Source: Dudresnaya verticillata
Lineage: Eukaryota
DNA length: 64,000 nucleotides
Assembly (NCBI GenBank): GCA_977862235.1
Contig: OZ374558.1
Coordinates: 62,001 to 126,000, forward strand
Direction: 5' to 3'
Below, piece after piece: positions 49,090-58,700 of this stretch. Both the position numbers and the translations under genes were made by a program. Numbering within the stretch: the first letter of the stretch is position 1; every line of letters starts with the position of its first letter. The notes under the pieces are model-generated. The model searched no databases. It was given only the letters and a program-made list of their open reading frames with translations, and was not told the DNA's origin.

Positions 49090-49737
49090 AGCGCCGCGAC
49101 CAGTTGACGACCGCTGACGTGCAGAGCGGGCGGTGGAGCGGGCGGGGGTTTGTGGGGAGGTGGACTTGGGGAGGGCTTCCGACGATTGCTCGGCGTGGCG
49201 GTCATGGTTATTCTCGTCCAGATCGTGATCGGGTTGACGATGGTCGGCATCGTCGTCGTCCAGATAGCGCTCGACGATGACGCCATCGTCGTCCACGGAG
49301 ACGGGATGGCCGTCGAGGACACACGGCGAGCGGCGCACAAAGTCCCAGCCGGAGCTCTTGACGTTTTCAGTCTCGTCGGCGTCGAGAAAGGCAACCTTGA
49401 GGCGGCGGCCGCCCTTGGCGTGGTCGTACACCATGGCGTCGTGCATCATGCGGTCGGACGGGAGGTAAAAGTTGACCACGGCGCCCTCGATGACCGGGTC
49501 GCCCGCGGCCGGCGCGCGCTTTGGGACGAGCGACCACGTCGTGGTGGTGGTGAGGTTGACGTGCTCCAGCGAGCCGTCGTTCTTGTACACGAGCTTGTGC
49601 TCGCGCGTGCGCGCGTGGTACGACACGACGACTGCGTCGTACGTCTCGCCGTCCGACCAGGTCATGACTATCTCGCGGCCGATCAGCTGCTCCGGCGCGG
49701 GCGCGTCGGCGTCGGCGGCAGCAGCGGCGGCGGCGGC

Positions 49738-49769
<32 letters not shown>

Positions 49770-49791
49770 GGCCACCGGCCGTGCCCGGCAT
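48847..49791 (-). CDS. Tandem Tudor-like domain protein with poly-Ala tracts and a C-terminal RG-repeat tail, 314 aa
   Basis: LIGREIVMTWSDGETYDAVVVSY..HKLVYKNDGSLEHVNL is a Tudor-like pattern, and a second similar unit follows. The ORF is GC-rich and ends in (RG)n. Confidence 0.75.
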
Positions 49792-50099
49792 GGGGGATGT
49801 ATGATCGGCGGGGCGGTCAACTGTGGCGATGCGGGGAGTTGTTGTTGTTGTTGTTGAGGTGGGGGCGGGGGCGGGGGCGGGGGCGGGGGCGGGGGCGGAG
49901 CGGACACGTTCGTTGCTCGCCAAAGGGCGACGCAGAGAGCAAAGCAAAGCGAAAAGCAACGGCAGCGGCGACGCCAAGCGAAACGCGCGGGTGCGTCCGG
50001 CGCGCGGCCCAATGCGCGCGCGCGGCGTGGAGCGTTTCTGGAACGTTCCGTTCGGCGCTGTAAGGCGCGGCTGACGCGGCGCGTTAGGCGCATACTCTT

Positions 50100-50631
50100 T
50101 TACTTGTCGCGTTTGTGCATCTTCGCGAGCAGAAAGTCGAACGCGCCCGTCGGCATCGCGCCCGTCGGCCTCGCGCCCGCCTCGGCAATGGCGCGCCGCG
50201 CCTCGTCGTAGCTGCGCTGCTCGAACGCGGCAAACGCGTCGCGCAGCCGCAGCCGCTCGTACACGGCCTTGACCGCGTCCGCGTCGCCCTTGGTCTTCTT
50301 CCCGTAGTGCGCCCGCAGCACGCGGCGGTCGTCCTCGCCCGCCACCTTGAGCGCCTCCACAACCAGCCACGTGCACGTGTTCTCCTCGATGTCCGTGCCC
50401 ACCTTGCCCGTCACGGCCGGGTCGCCAAACGCGTCCAGAAAGTCGTCCTGCGCCTGGAAGTAGTGGCCCAGCTGCAGACACAAGCGCTTGGCCGTGGCGT
50501 ACCACGCCGCGTCGCCCACGCCGGCCAGCCGCATGCCCAGCGCCACGGGCAGGTAGAACGTGTAATGCGACGTCTTGTACTTGTATATCCTCGCCAGCGC
50601 GTCGTCCGTGAACCGGTCCAGCTGCACGGCC

Positions 50632-50686
<55 letters not shown>

Positions 50687-51209
50687 CCTGCGACGTCAGG
50701 TCCAGCAGCTGGCCCATCTCCGTGGTGTACGTCACGTCCTGGAACAGCTCGACGAGGTCGACATACGCGGCGTGGCGGCGAAAGTGCAGGCGCAGCAGCC
50801 GGTAGATCATCATCTCCAGCACCAGCCCGTCGTTGATGGCGTTGAGCCCGATCTCGGGCAGGCGGAAGAAGCACGCCTGCCCGCGCCGCGTGACGCTGTC
50901 GTCCATGATGTCGTCCGTCACGAGGAAGAAGGCCTGCAGCAGCTCGACGCACCAGCCCAGGATGTTCGCCTGGCGCTCCAGGTCGGGCGTGATCGCACCG
51001 CCGTGGAACGCCTTGAAGCACTGGAACACGGCCAGCCCGCGGTTGAGCTTGCCGTGCGGCGTGTTGTACTCGACGTTGCGCTGGATGTACGACAGCGCCT
51101 CCTCGGGCAGGTCGTGCGTGGACGACACGTCGCGGAGCAGGTCGCGCACCAGCTCCGGGAAGAGCGCCTTGAACGCGGTCTTTGCGTCTGCTGCGGTGGC
51201 GGAGCCCAT
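50100..51209 (-). CDS. FPS: Farnesyl diphosphate synthase (eukaryotic type), 369 aa
   Basis: Motifs are GKLNRG, FARM FFLVTDDIMD with aromatic chain-length residues, TRRGQ, GQLLDL, YKTSHYTF, SARM FQAQDDFLD and GKVGTDIEE. Confidence 0.95.
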
Positions 51210-51387
51210 TGTGGCGGAGGTGGCGGCGGAGGTGGCGGCGGTGGTGCGGGGGCGGTGGCGGAGGTGGCGATCGATCAGGTGACGGAGGCCGATGCGATGC
51301 AATTGCCGGTAATTGCGGCGTGCGCTTTGTAATTGCTGGTTTGAATCGAAAGTCAACAAAGGGCTCATGACGCTATGCGGTCGCCTA

Positions 51388-52660
51388 TTACGTTGGCGTC
51401 CAACTCGTGCACAACTTGTTACCACTGAGTCTCGCGCTCCGCCGCGCTTTGGCAGCCTTCTCCCACGCGGAAAGCCTCGCAATGCCACCGTACAGCCTCT
51501 CCAGCACCTGTTGCTCCGTCACAAACACCCGCTCGCGAGCGCTAACGTCAACCGTACCGTCCTCCCCAACAGCCGTGTGCTCCCCGCCAACGCCGCGCAC
51601 GGACAGCCCAACCGACTTGCAAGCACTCGAGAGCCGCTTCTCCCCGACCTCTGCGAGCAAAGCAGGCACCTTGATGTGCACCGACGCGCGCATGCCAGTG
51701 CCCAGATTGGAAGGGCACGACGTCACGTAACCGTACGTGTCGTGTCGCGCAAAGTCCACGCCGCCCATGCCCTCCATCTCGCCCACCAGCGCGCGCACCG
51801 CGTCGAACACCCCCGCCAGGTCGGTCCCGGTGCGCATGCACATGATGCGCAGGTGGTCTTCCTCGCCAAACCACACGACGCGCGTCCGGTCGCCGGACAC
51901 CCAGCACCCGCGCCCGTACGGCCAGTCCGCTGCCAGCCCGCCGCTGGCCAGGTACGGGTCGCCGTGCATGGGCTTGAACATCACGCGCGCGCGGACAAGC
52001 TGCGCGTAGACGCCTTCGCAGACGCGCGTCGCGTTGGGCGCCTGGCCGCGCCCAAAGTCCGGCGTCAGCGAGTGCACCGACCCGCCGTGCGCGGCGGACA
52101 GCCGCGCGAACACCGGCGCCAGGCGCCGCTCGAGCTCGACGCGCTCGCGCCGCGACATGCCGGCTGGGAGGGGGAGCGCGGACAGGTTGCGCGCGACGCG
52201 CACGCGCATGGACAACGGCGGCAAGGAGAGTGCGGACAGGTTGAAGCGCGCGGTGGATGAAGGCGGTGGTTTGGGCCATCCGCTTGTGTGCGTGGCGTGC
52301 GGGGCGGCGTGGTGGTAGGCGCGAATGACGCGGTCGAAGAAGGGGGCAAACGTGACGTAGTCCGACGCGGAGGTGGCGTAGCAGCCTACGGTTGAGTCTG
52401 GGTTTTGCACGCCGGAGCGGATGCAGTGGCGGAAGGTTTTGCGCTCTGCGGGAAGGGCAGGTTAGTTTGGGAGAAAGTTGCGTGGTGTGGACGTGATTGT
52501 CATTGTGATTGTCATTGTGCGCGGTGTCGGAGGACGCGCGCGGCTTACGTTGCGGCGTGAGCGCGGCGTAGTGCGGCGAGCGGAGGTAGTGCTCCGCGTA
52601 GCGCTGGCTCAGATTGTTGGGGTTCGCGGCGGGAGCGGTGTGTGTGCGGGTGGTCGTCAT
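51388..52660 (-). CDS. Phosphagen (ATP:guanidino) kinase; exons 52660-52549 and 52445-51388
   Basis: Motifs are CIRSGVQNPDSxVGCYA, SMRVRVARN, WPYGRG, GEEDHLRI, TSCPSNLGTGMRASVHIK and VRGVGGEH. A 103-nt intron at 52446-52548 (GTAAG...CTAAC...CAG) joins the exons in frame. Confidence 0.92.
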
Positions 52661-53751
52661 GGTTGCGAGTGTGGGCAGGGTGGTGGATGGCGGGCGTGAG
52701 CAATGCGATTGTGGTCGCTCAACTGCGAGCGCCTTGTCGGCTGTTGACCGTGAGGACAGGTTGCAGCGTCGACATTGGCGCGGCGCTTGGGGCGACGTTG
52801 TTGCGACTGCCTGACTGACTCCGTCTGTCGCTCAGCCGCGGCACTCTCCTTACTACGCGCGAAGCGTGCCGCGTTGCGGAATTCAATGGGGACACGCGTC
52901 GGGCCTTGTTGGCGGAACGTGGACGTGCAACAACGGATGGTCTTTGATCTCACCGCGACCAACCTGCGCTTTTGTGCAGCAAGTTTGACGCAAGCCGTGG
53001 CGAATTGGATACCATCAACTCATATACTTTGAATAGTGTGCCCGCGGCATCAGGCGAGGCGCCCTCCCGCTCGAGATCCTCTAACCGCCGTCTCTTGCGA
53101 GCGACACCACTAACCGACCGCTGCCATACTGTATATTCCTTACTTGCATCACCGACAAGCGGACATGTCCCGACTCCACCGCGTCGCAAACCTCGCACGT
53201 TGGCACGTTGGCTTTTAATAGTTCAAGGTGACGGATATTTGTAGATACTTTACGCATTATACAACCTTGCGCCATTCTCCTCCTTCACTTTTCGATACCC
53301 GATGCAGCCAACAACTCTCCTTCGGCGACCGTTCGCATGCCGCCATGTAATGACGCCTATGCCGACAATCATCCGAGTGAAGCAACTCTTCCCACCACTC
53401 TTTTGGCTCCAGACCAAAACCACCTTCCTGCTACGAGACGGGTTTTGCTATCCAACACAGTGCTTATGGTCATGGTCTGGGTCATCACAAGTCTTGTACA
53501 CTAGCAGCCTACCGTAGAAATGTCGGTTGTGAGCATTTTGAAACACATCTTCCATGTGGCATTGCGAAAACGGCGACGTGGCACGCATCGGCCCTCGGCA
53601 AGCCTCAAGCTTACCGCTTGTGCTAAAAACCCCCGGGGGTGGTCATTTGCATCATGGCAAAGGTGACAGTAGTTCTGTTCATTGCATTGCATATGCGTAA
53701 CAGTTTAGTAACCAAAGTATACCTGCACTTCTGTGTTGCCCCAATGGTGAT

Positions 53752-54969
53752 CTATAGCTGTGCACTAAAGAGTTGCACCATATATATGCTACTTGTGTCC
53801 CCGTACACAGCAACACCGCAATGCTTCCAGGACCGGGAAATCATTCGTTGTCTGCCGTATTCTGTGTTCTGCCGCGCTTCATAAAATGCATGCACCCCAA
53901 AACGGCGCAACTGAATACCCCTGACGTTTCTGCTTTTTGTGCATCGCAGTGAGAACAGCGGAAGATGCCCGTCATGTTAGTAGTTGCCGTGTTAGAAGCG
54001 TTCGGAATGCCGAAAATGAGGAGGGAGCTGGCAAACCTACACTCTAACGATATTTTGGCAGCTGCATTCGTTATACGGTTTGACTGCACGTGAGCTTTTG
54101 TATAGCTCGCTGCATTTTTGCTCGGCGAGTGCTGTGAGTGCACAGGACCAAACAACTTGAACCCTTCCATGCTTCTCCCGCTCTTGGTTTGTGCGATTAA
54201 ACACTTCAAGAGCTTCAACTGACCGCTGGCCTCTCCTCAGTCGAATTGCCGGCTTGCCCATTACCGTATGTGGTAACGTCGTAGATACGCTGCGAATCAA
54301 TGACGTTGTCGCAGCCTGGCTTGGAAGAGTTGATACTCGTGAACTTTCCGGCGCTTGACGCCTACTAGGATATTTTCGAGATTGAGAGTGTTTGCGCGAG
54401 GCGTTGTCTTTCCAGGGAGTGCGTCTCAGCACGCCAGTCGATGCCATATTCGACCCGGTGGGACGGGTCGAGCCCCGCTCGGGGATATTTGTTGCGTTTG
54501 AGGAGACGTTTCCCCCCCTTGATAATACCACTTTCGACCCGGAGGGACGGGTTGGGTGACTGCTTGTCCGGGTCGTGCTTCTTGGTGCCTTGGACGATGC
54601 GGGCTTTGTTTCCACCACAGAGTTACTAAGTGAATGAAGGTCCATAAGCTTGTGGCAGGTGCAGGATGGGCGGTCGCAGAGCTGTGGCGTGTCAGATGAG
54701 GTCTCTCCCCTAGCGGTCCCTTGAGGCTGCAGCTTTTGTCCAAAGATAGCTCGGCGGAGAAAGGCTGCAAGCTTCCTGAGCCGACCGAAGCTTTTGTACA
54801 TGTTGATCGTGGGCATCGAGTCGTGATGTTGGTAAACAAAAGATGTGTTTAGGGGCACTGGTGTGTTGGGGTACTGGGAAGGCAGAGAAGCGGAAGGGCA
54901 ATGCAAGGGCCTTGGAATGCTGCGTAAAGCGTTCAAGTAGCGTTTGACTTGCTGATGGCGACCGACCAT
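53752..54969 (-). CDS. CAP/SCP (PR-1-like) domain protein with a low-complexity N-terminus and one predicted intron (about 53930-54040)
   Basis: VFNRTNQEREKHG..VVWSCALTALA and CQNIV precede the intron; MISRSWKHCGVAV..IYMVQLF follows it. The donor is GTAGGT at 54040, the branch TACTAAC at 53976-53982, with in-phase AG acceptors at 53933, 53930 and 53921. The start codon is uncertain. Confidence 0.65.
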
Positions 54970-56047
54970 GGCTGGCCGTAAGAGTGGCAAGTACTCTTCC
55001 TAACGGATACTAATGAGGCGAATTATCACTCAACTATGGTATCGCCATTTAGCATACGGTATTGTCATGCCATGGCGATTCATAGTTGACACATGCAATT
55101 CAATCGCATAAATCTCGCCTGACTCCTAATTGTCGAGGTGAACGCAGTCGAGTACCCTCAATGACGCAGAGCTTGAATAACAAGAGCACGATGAACACTC
55201 TAGGTTTCATTAGGCGGACAGGTCGTATTCGGTTCGCGTTCAGCCACATCAGGACTAGTTACAAGGGAAGGTCTGCCACTCTAGTGTGCCTCAAAGAAAA
55301 GAAAACCTCGCTAGTGTAGGCGCCCTGGATGAAAGTCTAAGGCCTCCTGCGTTGCGAGTCTCCATCCTTTTCCGCGTCAGCGGAATGTAGTCTGGATGCC
55401 CGAAGCATTCTTCGAACGCAAAACCCCTTTTGACGACGGGGATACCACTCAGGCAGCGTGTCGAGAAAGTGAAGAGGCCAATTGTGTCGCACGTAGATAT
55501 AGTAGCGACTCAAACGGCATTTCTTGTTCGTTCTAGCAGCAGTATTACTTCGGCCAAGCCGTCATTTTAATTACAAGTCGGTACCAGTTATCGCGGTTAA
55601 GTCCTATTCACAGTCCAGTAGTCCGCAGTTATTTTATCCAACTAACTTGGTTTAGGATCGGGCTATAGTAAGGTGCCACCCGGATAGCTAAAACGTCCGT
55701 GCTTCCTGTAAGTGATTTTGTGCTCTCCAAAGCATTTCTCTTGCAGAGCACAACACTTCTACGCGACGAAGCACTTTTCTTGCTGTGCCTTGGGCCTTAA
55801 GCAACAGCACGGAATATAGCCGTGCTGTAGTCATTTTCTGCAGCGTGCGACTGTCATGTGATAGTCATGTTTCTCGGTCTTTTTGCTATTGCTATCCTCG
55901 CTCGGAACACTATATATCCCTTAAGGTAGGAGTCAGCTTGCTTGACCGTCAAAACTCATTCGTGCAACCTCCAGCGTTGCTCAGACTTCCGGGAAACCAG
56001 CCCCTGAAAAAAGGCTAACAAGGAACCCCCCGTACAAAACGTCTCAG

Positions 56048-56542
56048 ATGGATTCGAAAGCACCTCCCAATGCACATCCAGGCACACAACTTGAGGGTTG
56101 TGAGATTCAGCTCCGTTGGAGAAAGCGATACTACTGCGCGGTCGTGGTAAGCTTCAGCGCAAAGAAGAATACTCACAAAGTGGTGATCAAGCTGCTAGCA
56201 CAAGTGATGCACTTGAATCTCGAAAAGGAGGATTGGAAGCTTTCTCCAATGCGGACAAGCTGCGTGTCTTTTCCAGCACTTTCCGGCACGACAGTCAAGT
56301 TCAAACGGTCTACGTGGCCAGTGTGGACTCTCGCGATGGCGTTTGATTCCCCGGATTTCCAAGCAAGCAAGACGGGTCTGCTTAGGGTCGTACATCTTGA
56401 CTCCGATGCAACTGAGGACATAAGTTTTAAGACGCACCGGATTTTCGAAGTCAAAGCGTCTCCCTGCATTATTCAAAGAGGCCCAAGCTTCTTTCCCAAA
56501 ATGCCCGAGGGAGCGGATTGGACACCAAAGGGGTCGCTCTGA
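56048..56542 (+). CDS. Diverged tandem Tudor-like protein, paralogue of 48847-49791, 164 aa
   Basis: QLEGCEIQLRW..YCAVVVSF..THKVV..HLNL..W and AMAFD..LRVVHLDSDATEDI..SPCII align collinearly with the 49 kb gene. Confidence 0.7.
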   Translation: MDSKAPPNAHPGTQLEGCEIQLRWRKRYYCAVVVSFSAKKNTHKVVIKLLAQVMHLNLEKEDWKLSPMRTSCVSFPALSGTTVKFKRSTWPVWTLAMAFDSPDFQASKTGLLRVVHLDSDATEDISFKTHRIFEVKASPCIIQRGPSFFPKMPEGADWTPKGSL

Positions 56543-56890
56543 GGGGCTTCCCGCAAGCTCTGGAGATGAGTCACCTTTTCTGAGCTGATAAAAAGCTCCG
56601 TAAACACTTTAAACAAATGCCGTCGTTGCACTCCGCGGAGATTGGGAGGTTGCCACAAACTCACGCTTTCGTTCACGTTAAGTCTGAATAACGCGACGCA
56701 GAGTGTTCTATAGAAGAAATCGCTATTATTGATCCGGCTCTATTTCTGCCGAAGAACGCGTTCTAGCCTTTCTGCTGCTCTTCTTCCAAACTGAACGTTG
56801 CTTGTTCCGAACTCCTACATATCTCGGCACGGTTCAAAGTGTCTCCACCACCTCTGCCGCTAGAATCTTCTTCCTTCGCTCATGGTTGAG

Positions 56891-58700
56891 CCAACCGGAA
56901 GCCCTAATGGTGAAGGCAGGCTGCTCAACGCAATGCTTCGGTTCCTGCGATTCAATCTTCTGTTACAGATAGTATTGTAGCTGCTCACACCGCGCAGCTG
57001 TACTCCGCTCTCCTCCGCTCTCCACCGCTCTCCTCGCACTCTTCTACAGTGCAAAAAGCGTGCATTGCTCGCCTTCTGTCCTGCAGCACGTCTGCAGCAA
57101 GCGCGCTCTTTACTGCCCTCCCGAATACCTATCGCGGTACTCGCTCCACCCCGGAGCAATGGATTACTTCGAGTGATATCCGCCTGGGCAACCCGGTTTT
57201 CACCGCAACTACTCGTTGCCCCCATTGTGTACTCACGCGTGGTGTGACGCACGCTCCTCTACTTGATCCTCTCGGGCAACATGCCATCACCTGTGCTAGG
57301 CGCGAAGGGTTTTCAGGCGTCATAACACCTTGCGCGATGTTCTGGCTAACGAATTCCGCCAGTTGGGCTTGCGCCCGATATATGCTGAGTACTCGTTTCT
57401 CGCTGAACGTCATCTGCTTCCTACTTCTCGCCGCCGTATGGACGTGGTGGTTCCTATTTCTGCCTTTAACCCCCGCCCTCAGGCCTTTGATGTTCCTGCG
57501 GCGGCCCCGTTTGCTGCAAGTTACTGCACTGCCGCCTCTCACTTGGGTGGAGCCGCAGCGACGCTCGCTGAACGCCCCAAAAGGGCACATTACCAACATC
57601 TCCTAGACAGCGAGGGGACGGATTTCTACGCTGTAGGTATTGACTCGTACGGCGCTATTTGCGCTGAGGCTCGTCAGGCGTTACGTGCCATTGGCCGCTT
57701 TACGTCCGAACAGCGAGGGAGTAACCCTTCGGACCAAACACAAGCGCTCACCATTCGCATCATATCTCACCTTCTCCGTTTTCAAGAGGAGACCTTTATT
57801 AAAGAACAAGAGAGAAGCCCCTTAAGGGGGCTTAGGATTCAGAGCTACCATAAAGAGGCGGAGGAGCAAGCTTGCAGCGGTTGACGCTCACCGCGACGCA
57901 TTGGAGAACTAAAGAGAGTAAACGAGTAGTGAGGCGAAGTTTCTCCGTAGACGGAGAGGTCCCGCGCTTGCTGGCAATGAAATTAGCAATACGTTGGGCG
58001 CCAACTTCAAAGCCAGATCCAACACGGCCATAGACATCTACAACCATAGGATGGAGAACCATATCCAAACTAGCGCATACGCGGCGGTAATGAGAGCGTT
58101 TGACACGTTCGCGAGCTGCAATGGCTTGGCCAGCAACGCGACCAGTGGAACCATGAATAGAATGGGGACTGACGACCGAGACATCAAATCCATGGGGGTG
58201 AGGGGCAAAGCCACGATCATCAACGAAAATATCCATACGCAGTTGGTCACGTGGATCAACAGGCTGTGGGGGACCACCAGAAGCAGCATGACGCTCGTCA
58301 CGTATGCGTTCAGCACGTGTTCGGGCAGCGTTGGGGACAGAGCTACGGGGCCCATGCTCATCCGAATAAGTGAAACGATGTTCAACTTCAACGCGCACGC
58401 CATGGGGGCGGGCGATAGTCTGAAATAAGACGCTTAAGCGATCCCGAAGATGATCATGACGGCGTATCGTGCCCTCACGAGAAGAGCAGACTGTAGCATG
58501 ATGCCCATAAACATCAAGAAGAGGGGGAACAGAAGCGGTACCATCAACACAACGGGGGCATGGGTCATCTCCACTGAAGATGGGAAGTCCGTTTTCGAGC
58601 GCTGGCAATCAATCGCCGTCGTCTTGCCCTTCAGGTACGTCCTTGAGTAGGCCGGGCGACCTAACGCCCTTCGAACCCTACCGTAAAGTTCCCCATCTCT
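56891..58700 (+). mobile_element. 5'-truncated RLE-type (CRE-like) non-LTR retrotransposon, element A
   Basis: It has a perfect 12-bp TSD CTCATGGTTGAG (56879-56890 / 58701-58712). It encodes RLGNPV..CPHC..DPLGQHAITC..RHN..RMDV..AFDV..AERPKRAHY..GIDSYG with one frameshift, and the ORF resumes after element B as ALAINRRRL. Confidence 0.88.
57787..58587 (-). mobile_element. 5'-truncated RLE-type (CRE-like) non-LTR retrotransposon, element B, nested antisense in element A
   Basis: The TSD is TCCGTTTTCAAG (57775-57786) / TCCGTTTTCGAG (58588-58599). The open frame has CPRC..DVYGHHATVC..RRHD..RMDI..GFDVSV..ERVKRSHY..VDVYG, and the 3' UTR ends AATAAAGGTCTC. Confidence 0.88.

Noticed and set aside
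48847..51021. 724-aa ORF as one protein overlapping the FPP synthase gene
   Set aside because: Its first part is an off-frame reading of the GC-rich FPS gene. Protein-like sequence begins at ATG 49791.
51210..51488. N-terminal extension of FPP synthase in the ORF track
   Set aside because: It starts at a non-ATG codon, overlaps the kinase 3' end and lacks FPS similarity. ATG 51209 is the more plausible start.
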